Part shown: positions 11,255 to 22,828 of the stretch, piece by piece
Numbering within the stretch: the stretch's first letter is position 1
Layout: every line of letters begins with the position of its first letter
Assembly (NCBI GenBank): GCA_026770705.1
Contig: JANJGN010000041.1
Coordinates: 1,364,001 to 1,428,000, forward strand
Source of the DNA: Isurus oxyrinchus
Taxonomy: Eukaryota
DNA length: 64,000 nt
Reading direction: 5' to 3'
Notes under the pieces: model-generated
What the model was told of the DNA's origin: nothing
The model's database searches: none
The model's input: the letters and a program-made list of their open reading frames with translations, nothing else
Position numbers and translations under genes: made by a program

Positions 11255-13004
11255 GGGTGAATCCAAGGAGAGGAGTGAAATATCAGCTCGTTTAAGGTGG
11301 GGGCTGGGTTGGTGGGGGAGGAGAAGTGCAGGTGGGTGGTGTGGTTGTAGGGACAAGCAAGCTGTGATAGGAGCAGTTAATCAAAAGATGTCACAGACAA
11401 AAGAACAAAAGAACACAGAGGTGTTGAAATTCGTGATATTATCTACATGAATGTGCTAATTAAGAATGGATGGTAGGTCATTCAAGGTACAGCTCTACAG
11501 GGGGTGGGGGCATAACAGATTTTAATATAATGGAAATAGGTGGGAAAAGAAAAATCTATATAAATTGTTGGAAAAAAAAATCAAAATTAAGGGGGAATAA
11601 ACAGAAAGGGGGTGGGGATGGAAAAGGGCGTTCAAGATCTAAAGTTGTTGAATTCAATATTCAGTGCAGAAGGCTGTAAATTGCCTAGTCAGAAGATGAG
11701 TTGCTGTTCCTCCATTTCGCGTTGGACTTCACTGGATCAATGCAACAAGCCAAAGACAGACATGTGGGCAAGGGAAGAGGGTGGAGTGTTAAAATGGCAA
11801 GCGACAGGGAGGTTTGGGTCATTCTTGCAGACAGAAGGCAGGTGCGCTGTAAAGCAGTCGCCCAGTTTATGTTTGGTCTCTCCAATCTAGAGGAGACGGC
11901 ACTGGGACCACAGTCCTTGACAGGGGCCTCAAATGTGTCCAGCCCATCTCCTGTGCTTCAGGGCTCACGGTTTGTCCTCCATCCCAGAAACATGATAGGG
12001 TCTCCCTTGTCCTCACTTATCACTCCACCAGCCTCTGCATTCAAAGGATCTTCCTCTGCCATTTCTGCCAACTCCAGCATGATGCCACCACCAACACAGC
12101 TTCCATTCACCCTCCATGGTGGCATTCCGTACGGATCGTTCCCTCTGGGACACCCCGGTCCACTCCACCATCACCCCCTACTCCCCAACCCCCACCTATG
12201 GCATCTCCACATGCTCACACAAAAGATGCAACACATGCCCTTCATTTCCTCTCTCCTCACCGTCCAAGGGCCCAAACATTCCTTTCACTTGAGGTAGCAT
12301 TTCACTTGCATTTCCTCCAACTTAGTCTACTGCATTCGTTACTTCTAGTGTGGTCTCCTCTATATTGGAGAGACCAAACGTAAACTGGGCGACCGCTTTC
12401 CAGAACACCTGCGGTCTGTTCGCAAAAATGACACAAACATCCCTGTCGCCTGCCATTTTAATTCTCCATCCTCCTCTCTTGCTCACATGTCTGTCCTTGG
12501 CTTGCTGCATTTTTCCAGTAAGCCCAACGCAACCTGGAGGTACAGCAAATGATTTTTCGACTGGGCACTTTACAGCTTTGCAGCCTGAATATTGAATTTA
12601 ACAACTTTACATCTTGATTCCCTCTTCCATCCCCACCCTTTTTTTTGTTTCTTCCACCTTCATTTTGTTTAGTTTTTTTCCAGTACTTTATACAGAGGTT
12701 TCTATTCTCACCTATTTCGATTATTTTTAAATCTTTTATGCCCCCCACCCCCACAAAAGCTGTACCTTGAGTGCTCTACCATCCATTCTTAATTAACACA
12801 TTCATTTAGATAATATCACCAACTTCCACACCTCTGTGTTTTTTTTGTACTTTTGTCTGTGACACCTTTTGATTATCTGCTCCTATCACTTCTTGCTTGT
12901 CCCTACAACCACACACCCTCCCCACTCTACTTCTCTCCCCCTACCCAAACCACCCCACCCATCTTAAACCAGTTTATATTTCACCCCTCTCCTCGGATTC
13001 ACCC

Positions 13005-13043
13005 AGTTCTGTTGAAGGGTCATGAGTACTTGAAACGTCAACT
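13005..13043 (+). ncRNA. Minimal hammerhead-ribozyme-like motif in Penelope tail
   Basis: AGTT-CTGTTGA-A-GGGTC-ATGAG-TACTT-GAAAC-GTC-AACT. Confidence 0.5.
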
Positions 13044-13869
13044 CGCCGATGCTGCCAGACGTGCTGAGTTTTTCCAGGTAATAGTATTTCTGTTTAGGAT
13101 TCCAGCATCCACAGTTTTTTTTTTCTTTTTAGGCTTTCATTTCCATCAGTTGATCGACTGAAAGGGCATCTAAACAGCAAATCGGACAGAAGGCAAATTT
13201 GCAAGACATAGAATGAGCAAATTTTCTGGGCAGATAAGTTGATCAAAATCACCTGTGTTCAACCGTCCTTTCCACCATCATTCTCTCTCCTTCCATCTTG
13301 TAAGCGTCAAAACTTTTACTCAAAATATTGCATCACCTTATATATCCGGGGCACTTTAGTAAAGAATAACAGACTTTAGAGACAAGGACGGCACAAGCTT
13401 TAAAATATTTTGCAGTAATCGCTGAGGATTTACGAACTTCACATCCCGGCCACAGTGAAGCATTCAGGGAAAACTGGCGATGATAACTTCGAGGCAGGAA
13501 CACAGATCAACGTCGCCTGGACCTGAGGCTGCTAAATCCTGAATTAGTCTTGCGATGGCGAGAGTGCCAACAGAAAGGTACACAATGTGTTTTGGTGAGC
13601 TCCAAACTGGCAAACTCAGAGTAGAAAGAACATTTGAAGACACGCAGATTTTCATGAAAATATAATATCCTCTTTCAACAGATCCTCATTCAATGGCACT
13701 CCACCGTTCTTTCACGTCATTCCTGAATTTGTTCATCAGTAATTGTATGTGAACTCATCCCATGAGCACATAAAATTTAAAGCCAAATGAAGAATATGGA
13801 GAAAAAGTGTAAAATAAGTGGACAAAACCTAAAGTAGGTGTCGGAAATTAACGACATTTTCATACGTGC

Positions 13870-14535
13870 ATATCAGGTATTGAAGACAGCAGGGAATGGA
13901 AAGAGCAGTGAATAAATCCTTTGACATTTTTTGATGTATTAATATTCGCACAAGAGTGAGAATAGCACATTGAACATTTATAAGGCACAAGTCAGGTCTC
14001 ACCTGGAGCGCCACAACCAGTTCTTGGCGCCATCCTTGAGCAAGTGTTTGGTGACATTGGAGAGAGGAGAGCGGAGATTCACAAGATGATTGCAGATAAA
14101 TCACTAAATCTTTCTGGGTAGATGGGGGAATTCCGTCTGTTTAACATGAAGAACAGAAGGTTGAGAGTAGGATTGAGAAAGACATTCAAGATCCTGAGTT
14201 GTAAAGACAGGAAAATAGTGAGGATGGTTTCCGACTCAAGCGAGCATCAAAGACGATGGGGCATAGAATCAAGGTTTGCAAAATGAATACAAGTGGTTTG
14301 AGGTTTTTCTTTCACTCAGTGGGTGGGTGGAGCATGGGACAGCATCCCTGAGGGGATGGTGGAGGTAGATTGGAGAAAGGTGTTCAGGAGATAATTGTAA
14401 TCCTTCCTGAAAAGAAACATTGTGTAGCCTTACGTGGTTAAGGCAGGGGAGTGGGACAAGATTAAATGTTCTTTCAGAGAGTTTGTGCATACACGAAGGG
14501 CTGGATGACCTTTTTGTGCATCGTAAAGTTTCAGG
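13870..14535 (+). mobile_element. CR1 LINE 3' fragment
   Basis: 'ttgaacatttataaggcacaagtcaggtctcacctggagcgccacaaccagttcttggcgcc' (LYKxLVRPHLEYCxQFWxP motif), later 'ttcactcagtgggtgggtggagcatggg' and 'gggctggatgacct' tail. Confidence 0.8.
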
Positions 14536-17500
14536 GACTATCTGACTGTGTTACAAAGCTGAGGGCTGTCACTGGGGTATTAGAGTGGGGGACTGTCACT
14601 ATGGTTAAATAGCTGGGGACTGTCATTTAGGCAACAAATTGTGCTGGAGAGTCAAGCACTATTTTAATGATATGAGGGGCAGGCACTATGCTTACAGAGC
14701 CACGGACTGTCACTACAGTGAACGAATGTGGGGATCATCACCATGGTTACTGTGCTGGAGGGACACTGCCAGAGAAACATAATTGGTCAAAATGTCACTC
14801 AGGTTAAAGAGCTGGGACGCAGTCAGTACAGATTTTGATTGGGGAGATTATCTCTCAGGTTACAACACAAGGGGCCAGAAGGTATAGTAATTGATTCAGG
14901 AGACTGTCGCTCAAGTTACAGGACCTGGGGCCATTCATGTATTTCAACAGATTGAGGAGACTGTCGAACAGGTTGCAGAGTCTCTCGCCAGTCATTATAG
15001 CAACTAATTTCAGAAATTGTAACTAAAGCTGCAGAGCCAGTGCAGTGATTGATTAAGGAGGCTGTTAATCAAAAAACAGAACCAGGGCCTGTCAATATAG
15101 TAATTAATTGAAGGGACCATCACTCAGGTTACAAAGCCCGGGGCCATTCAGTATACTTATAGATTCAGGAAACTTTCAGTCTGGTTTCATATCCGAGGTC
15201 CATTCATTATAGCAAATAATTGCAGACTCTGACAATCATGTTAAAGACCCAGAGGCCACACATGCATTCTAATTTATTGGGGAGAGTGTCACTCTGGATA
15301 CAGTGTGGGTGCCCATTTGGGAATGTAATTGATTGGGGTGATTCTCTCTCAGATTTCAAACCAATGGCCAGTGAGTATTTTCATTGATTAAGGAGACTTT
15401 CTTTCAGTTAGTAAATCCGGGTACCTCACTGTGGGAATTTTGGGGGGAAACATTCACTCAGGTTAGAGAGCACGGGGCCAGACAATATTGCGATTGTTTG
15501 TGGAGACTGTCACTCAAGTTACAGAGTCAGTGGCCAGTCAGAAGTCTAATTCATTGAGAAGACTGTCACTCTGGTTACAGTGCCAGGGGCCTGTCAGTGT
15601 AATATTTGAATAAGGAGCCTTGAACTCAGGCAAAAGACCGGGGACCAGTCAATAAATGAATTGATTGGGTGGTCTATCACACTATGTAAAGCCGGATACC
15701 GGAACTATAGAAATTATCTGGGGAGACGGTGAATCAGGTAACAGATCCGGTCAGACATTGACTATAGGTATTAATTACGGAGACTCTTGCTCAGGTTGCA
15801 GAGCGAAGGGTCATCTACGATCGTAGTTGATTGAGGAGATCTTCACTCAGGTTACAGAGCCGGGGGCCAGTCCATAAAAATAATTCTTCGGGGAGGCTGT
15901 GACTCAGGTTATAGGGCAGGGGCCAAGTCAATAAATTAATTGATGGGGGAGGCTGTGACTCATGGTACAGAGCCCGGACCCAGTATATGTTGTAATTGAC
16001 TCTGGAGACTGTCATACTGGTTGCATTGTCGGTGGACAGGTAACATAGTAATTTATTGAGGAGGCGGTCACTCAGGTTAGAGAGTCAGGGGCCAATTAGT
16101 AGTCTAATTGAATGGATGGTCGCACTGCAGCAAGAGAAGCAGCGGCCCTTTGGAACATCAAATGATTGGGGAGATCTGTCACTCGGGTTACAGAGCAGGG
16201 GGGCCTGTCACTGTATAAATTGATAGACGCGAATTTAGCAAAGATTATAGAGCTGAGACATGCATTAGAGTAATTGATTTGGGAATCTGTCTCACTGGTT
16301 ACAGGGCCGGAGGCCAGCCAGTATTTTAATTGATTAGGTAGTCGGTCACACAGGTTATAGAGGCAGAGGATATTCAGGATCGTAGTTGAATGGGGAGGCT
16401 GTCAGTCAGTATACACAACCAGGGGTCACTCAGGTTACATAGTTGGGCTCACACGCAGTACAGTAATTGATTGGGGAGACTGCCACGCAGGTTACAGAGC
16501 AGGGAGCCTTTCATTGCAGGAATTGATTGAGGAGACGGTGACTCAATTTAAAGAGCCCGGGCCCTGTCAGAATAATAATTGAATGGCGAGTCTGTCATTC
16601 GGGTCAGAGGACCGGGGTCCAGCCACTATATTAATTGATTAGTGAGACTGTCACACAGCGTACAAAATCGTGGTCAGTCACTAGAAAAATTGATTGGGGC
16701 GGCAGTGAATCAGTTAACAGAGCCTGTGGGTCACTGACTATAGGAAAACATCTGGGTGATTACAGAGTTACAGAACCAGGGGTCAGTCACGATATTAATT
16801 GTTTGAGAAGGCTTTCATTCAAGTCCCTGGGCCAGGCACCAAACAGTTTAGTAATTGATTGGGAAGCATGGGATTCAGATTACAAATCCGGTGTAAGTCT
16901 ATATATTAATTGATTGGAGAGGCTGCACAGAGTTTTCAGAACAGGGATCCTGTCACTCCAGGAATTCATTGAGGAGACTATCAAGCAGGGTACAGAACCA
17001 GGGACAGTCACTATAGGTATTGATTGAGGAGGGTGACACACAGGTTCCGGAGCCATGGCTAGTCAGTGTTTTGATTGATCGGGGAGACAATCCCTCAGAT
17101 TGCTGAACCAGGGACAGTTAGAATAGGAATTGATTCAGCATACTTTCACTGAGGTTATTGAGCTGGGGGCCTCACACTATAGGAATTGATGGACGAAACT
17201 GTCACACAGGCTGCAGAGCCATGGAGAGACATTACTTTAAATGCCTGAGGAGCCTCTCACTCAGGTTCCAGAGCGAGGGGCCGTCAGTATTGTAACTGAT
17301 TGAGCAGATTGTCTCTCTGATTACTGAGCCGGGAAGCCTGGAACAATAGGAAGTGATTGAAGAGACTGTCAAAATGGTTACTGAGATGGGGCCAGTTGCG
17401 ATATGAATTTATTGAGAAGACTGTCACTCAGGATACAGGGCCAGGGGCGACTCAACTATAGCAATTGATTGCGGATGCAATCACTCAGGTTCCAGATCAG

Positions 17501-19607
17501 GAGCCCAGCCAGTATTGTAAATGTTTAGAGAGACTGTTACGTAGGTTCCAGTGCCATGGGCCAGTCATAATATTAATTATTTGCCGAAACAGTCACCCAG
17601 GTGACAGAGCCATGTCCACCCAGTATACGATTTGATTGGGCAGACTGCCAATCAGGTAACAGAGGCAGTGGGACGGTCACTACTGGAATCGTATAAGGAT
17701 AACCTCACTCAGGTTAAAGGGCCTTGGGTCATTGAGGATCGTAAATGATTGGGGAGACTGCAAGCCAATTTACAGAACCAGCCTCTTATCAGTGCAGTAA
17801 TTGATACTGTCACTCAGTTTACATGCAGGGGCCTGTCAGTATAGAAAATGACAGGGGAGCCTGGAACCAGTCAGGATAGTGATCTACTGGGGAGACTGTC
17901 TCTCAGGTTCTCGATCCAGGGGCCTGTCAGTGCAGCAAATGACTTTGGGTATTTTCTTACAGCTTACAGAGCTGGGCCCTGTCTGATGACTAAGTGATAG
18001 TTGAAACTGTCACTCAGTCTAGTGAGGCAGGGGCCAGTTTGTATATTATTTAATTGGGGAGACTGTGACTCAGTTTAAGGAGCCAGTCTCAGTCCGTAGA
18101 GTATTTTATCGTTGAGACAGTCTCACACGTTACAGGACTTTGCCCTGTCATTATAGTAACTTTTGCTGTCACTCAGGGTACAGAGCCAGGGGTCATTCAT
18201 GATAGAAATTGATGGGGATACATTCACTCTTGTAACAGAACCAGGGGCCTGTCTGTAGAAGAATTTATTGTGGAGTTTTTAACATTCACTAAGGTTAGAG
18301 ACCTAGTGGACGTCACGAAAGTAATAGAGGGGATAGATTGCTGGCATGTTCAAAAGCCAGGGGACTGTCACTATCATTATAATGATGGGACACTGACTAT
18401 TTACAAAGCCGTTGTCCTCTCACTACTGTAATATACTGGGGTGACTGACCATATGTTTACAGAGCCTGCAGCATGTCACTCTAAGAATAGACTGGGCAAA
18501 TTGTCAGTATGTTGACTGATCTGAGGCCCTGTCACTAGAGCAATAGCTTGGGGACCCTCTCAGCGTCTTTACAGAACCAGGGGCTTTACACGATTGTAAA
18601 GCATGGATAGCCTGTCAGTGTGTTAACAAAGCCAGCGACCTGTCACTCTCGTATTAGAGTTGTTAGAATGTCAATTTGCTGACAGAGCCTGGGGCCTGTC
18701 ACTATCATATCCGCGTGGTAGTCTGTCATTATGTTTACAGAGCCAGGGACCAGTCACTGTTGGAATAGATTCTGTAGACTGATAGTATATTTCCATAGTT
18801 GAGAGCCTCTCATAATGTTGATTATGGGGTGACTGTCAGTATGTTAACACGTGGGAGGCCTGCACTAACACAATCCAATGCGGACACTTTTAGTATCTTT
18901 ACAAAGCCAGGGGACTGTCATAATGTCATTAGACTGGGAAGACTCTCTGTATGCTTAAAGAGCTGTGGGCCTGACAATATTGTAAGAGAGAGGACAGGCT
19001 TTCACTATTTTTACAGAACCCGTGTTCTGTCACTATAGTAATACCTTGGGAGAGACTGTCTGTATGTTTACAGAGACAGTGGCCCGTCACATTTGCAATA
19101 GAGCAGGGAGTCAGTGTGTTAACAGGCCCGGAGGCCTTTCACTGTTGTAATATAATGGACTGACTATCAGTATGGTTACAGAGCACAAAGCCTCTTAATA
19201 TCCTTACATTCTGAGGTGACTACCAATATGCTTACAGACCTGTGGACGTGTCAGTTGGGCTGTAGCGACGGGAGCCTGTCAGTGTTTTTACAGAGCAAGA
19301 AGCCTCTCACTGTGCCAATAGGCTTGCATGACTGTCACTAAGTTTACAGAGCCACTGGCCTGTCATAAGCATAGTTTACGGAGACTGACAGTACGTTGAC
19401 AGAGCCGGTGTCTGTGAAGATATTGATAGAGTTGGTAAAATGTCAGGCGCCCTCTCACAATAATATTACAATTGAGTCAGTATGCAAACAGAATGGGGAC
19501 CTGGCAATATAGTAATAGTTTGTGGGCACTGTGTTTATGTCTAAGTAGCTGGGCGCCTGTCAATATTGCAATAGAATGTCATTGCTTTCAGTATTTTAAT
19601 AGAGTTG

Positions 19608-19760
19608 AAAACAAAGAAAACTGCGGATGCTGGAAATCTAAAACAAAAACAGAATTACCTGGAAAAACTCAGTAGGTCTGGCAGCATCGGCGGAGAAGAA
19701 AAGAGTTGACGTTTCGAGTCCTCATGACCCTTCGACAGAACTTGATTTCGAGTCCAGGAA
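19608..19760 (-). mobile_element. Young, severely truncated Penelope tail inserted in the satellite
   Basis: aaaactgcggatgctggaaatctaaaacaaaaacagaattacctggaaaaactcagtaggtctggcagcatcggcggagaagaaaagagttgacgtttcgagtcc, nearly identical to 6165-6290. Confidence 0.9.
19704..19742 (-). ncRNA. Minimal type-I hammerhead-ribozyme-like motif (best copy; core CUGUCGA)
   Basis: Reverse complement AGTT-CTGTCGA-A-GGGTC-ATGAG-GACTC-GAAAC-GTC-AACT: stem I AGUU/AACU, stem II GGGUC/GACUC, GAAA box, GUC triplet. Confidence 0.6.
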
Positions 19761-19800
19761 AGAGCCTGGGTTCTGTCACTATAATTTGGAATTGGGAGGT

Positions 19801-19830
<30 letters not shown>
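19801..19830 (+). repeat. Poly-G homopolymer (30 nt)
   Basis: Direct observation; expands the 'gggag' of a satellite unit. Confidence 0.95.
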
Positions 19831-19831
<1 letters not shown>

Positions 19832-22474
19832 TGCGGGGTGCTGAGAGAGTTTCTCCAATGCCTCGATCATCTCATATACTAAAAGTGGGAATACCTTGAG
19901 TTGCTTTAAGGAGCAGAGGGGCTGTCGTTATAATAATAGAGTGGGGTGACTGTCAGAATTTTTAAAGATCTGAGGCCCTATTACAAGAATTAATGTGTGG
20001 GGAGGCTGTCTGTATTGTGGCAGAGCCAGGGGTCTATTGGTAATTTAGTAGTGAGGGGAGCTTGTCAGTATGTTTCTAGTGCTGGTGACTTATCACTATT
20101 GTAAAGAATGGATAGCCTGTCAGAATGTAAAGAAGCAGGGGACCTTTCACAATAATTTTAGAGTGTATAGACTGTGAACATGTTTACAGAGCTGGAGGCC
20201 TGCCATTCTAGCATTCGAGTGTAAAGATTGTGAACATGTTGACAGAGTCTGGGGACTTCACTATAGTATTAGCGTGTGCTCATTGTCAGCATGTTTACAG
20301 AGGCGACAACGTCTCACTATAGGAATACACTGGTATTCTGTCTGTATATTAACAGAACTGGGGTCCTGTAACTATAATAATAGAGTAGGGACATTGTCAG
20401 TATGTTGACAGAGCCGGGAGCCTGTCACTATAATATCTGAGTGCATAGACTGTCTGCATGTTGAGTTTGTCAGGGGTCTGCCACTAGAGTAATGGAGTGA
20501 GGAGACTGTATGTTTAACGAAATGGAGGTCTGTCAATGTAGTAATGGAAAGGCTAGCCTCCCAATATTTTGACAGAACCGGTATCCTTTCTCCATTGTAA
20601 TAGAATGCGGAGACGTTCAGTGGATTTCGAAGGCCGTGGCCTATCAGTATAATGATGTTGTGCAGACTGTCTGTTTGTTTACAGAATCAGGGCCTCTTTT
20701 TAAAGTATTAGATTGGGGTGACTGAGGGCATATTTAGACAGCCGGGGCCTGCCTTTCCGTTAATGGAGTGGGGAAACTTGCAGTAAGCTTAGAGAGCCAG
20801 AGGGTGTGAATGTAATTGTGAACATAATTGTCGAGAACAGAGATTGTCTCTGTGCTCACAGAGCCGGGAGAATGTCACTAATAGTTTGGACTGAGGATAG
20901 TATCAATATTTTTACAGAGCCTGGGGACTGTCAAAATAGTAGTAGACTGGGGAATCTGTCACTTTGTTTACAAGGTGGGGGCTGTCAACATAATAGTAGA
21001 GTGAGGAGTCTGAACGTTTACAGAGCCAAGGGCCTCTTACTGTGGTAAAAGATTGGAAACACTGTCATTATGTTTAAACAACAGGTGGGCTCGCAGTTTA
21101 ATTATAGGCTGGGTAACTGTCAGTATGTTTACAGTGCCATTGGATTGTTACTAGACTAATAAAGTGAGGTGACTGTCTGACTTTTTACAGAGCTTTGAGC
21201 GTGTAGAATGAGTATTAGTAGAATGAGGAGAAAGTTGGTGTGTTTATAGAGCCCGAGGCCTGTCAATATCGTACTAGTGTAAAGAAACTGTCCATATGTT
21301 CACAGAGCCTGGGAGCTGTTACTCTTGTAATAATCTGCAGAGTGAGTCGGTATTTTTATAGAGCAGAAGGCCTGTCAATTAGCTAGTAGCGTGGAGAAAA
21401 TGCCATAATATATAGAGAAGTGGGGACTTGTCACTGTTGTAATAAATTGCGGATATTCTCAGTATGTGCACAGACCGTGAGAACTCTCAACATATTTTTA
21501 GACTGTCAGTATGCTTATCGAACTGGGAACAGTCACTACAGTAATATAAATCTAAAATGTTATTGTTTTACAGAACCAGGGTCCTCTCACGATAGTAATA
21601 GGGTGGGGTGTCTTCAGGATGTTTACAGAGCCGGGGTCTGTAAATATTATAATTTAGTTTGCAGGCTGTTCGTACATTTACAGGTGGGCAGCCGGTCACA
21701 ACAGTAAAATAGTGTAGAGTCTGTCAGCAACTTTACAGAACGGATTTTGCCCCGATAGTGCTAGAATGGGAGATTGCCATCATGTTTAGAGGCCGGGACC
21801 CTCTCAACATAGTAATAGAGTATGCAGAGTGTCAACTTGATTACAGAGTCGGGGGTCAGTCGCTATCTTAATGGAGCGGGTAGGCTGCCTGTGTGGAGGT
21901 CTATCAATTTAATAATTTAAAGTCTATCCTCCCATTATTTTGACAGATCTGGCGTCCTTTCTCTATTTTAATAGAATGTGGAGACGTTCAGTGGATTTCG
22001 AAGGCCGTGCCCTATCACTATAATAATGGTGTGCAAACTGTCTGTTTGCTTCCAGAGCTTTGTGCGTGTTACTACATTAGTAGAATGAGGAGAAAGTTGG
22101 TATGTTTATAGAGCCCGGGGCCTGTGACTATCGTATTAGTGTGAGTCTGCCATTACAGTAATAGTGTTGGTTGACTGGCAGCGCAATTACACAATAGGAA
22201 CAGATTGGTTAGACTGTCAGTATCTTTACAGAGTTGGGGTTCTGGAACTTTTCTAGTAGAGTGGATAGAATGTCGCTATGTTTAACAGAGCTAGTGGCCT
22301 GTCACTAAAGTAACAGAGTGTGGATACTGTCTCTACGTTTTAAGAACTGGGTGCCTGCCACGTACCTAATGGCGAGGGGAGACTGTCGCTATGTTAACTG
22401 AGACGGGGGCCTATTAGTATAGTTATGGGTTCGGGAGACTGTCGATCTGTTTACAGATCCGGGCCTGTCACTAG

Positions 22475-22828
22475 GGGGGTGCGAGTAATCCAGGGACTCT
22501 AATAATTATCTGGGAACCCCTTTTCGAATACCAGCAGGCTGCTGGTCAAATTCAAATTTAGCAAAGTTCTAGAATTAAAAAATAATCATTACAATGTCTA
22601 AAGATAACCATAAAACCATTGACAATTGTACTATACGGCCATGTGTTTCACTAATGCCCTTCAGGGAACGAACTGCTGTTCTAACCTGGTCTTGTCGAGA
22701 TTTGACACAAGACCAACAGCGAGATGGTCGATTCTTAAATACTCTCTGTACAACGGCAATTTGGGATGTCCAATGTACTAACCCAGCCAGTAACGCCCAC
22801 ATACGATGAACGAATTTAAGAAAAAAAG
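22475..22828 (+). mobile_element. Shark SINE (Deu-domain-like core, CR1-derived tail) inserted in satellite
   Basis: Core 'ttcactaatgcccttcagggaacgaactgctgttctaacctggtc'; tail 'ccagccagtaacgcccacatacgatgaacgaatttaagaaaaaaa' shared with the LINE ending at 31295. Confidence 0.75.

Larger units (their letters stand above)
11153..13130. mobile_element. Penelope-like insertion with inverted arms (minus-strand 3' part 11153-11905 joined to plus-strand 3' part 11905-13130), 15-bp TSD
   Basis: GIY-YIG region on both strands (ORFs 11685-11885 minus and 12350-12595 plus are near-identical translations); tails point outward; flanks aggttctcatttcca (11138-11152) and aggctttcatttcca (13131-13145); repeat unit resumes after 13145. 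Confidence 0.92.
4765..13790 (+). repeat. Tandem macro-repeat, ~1.9-2.1 kb unit, ~4.5 diverged copies, one tRNA-Asp pseudogene per unit
   Basis: Recurrent blocks: 'agctccaaac' at ~5440/7560/13600, 'gcagcccgagt' at ~5825/8010/10125, 'tgaaatgaaaacagcc' at ~6130/8320/10435, 'ctgaaagctgacca' at ~6590/8517/10630; tRNA copies at 4854, 6984, 9107, 11006. Confidence 0.92.

Noticed and set aside
19801-19830. Poly-G tract as a functional G-quadruplex or poly-Pro ORF (19655-19870)
   Set aside because: Simple homopolymer expansion in a satellite unit; its length may be a sequencing artefact.
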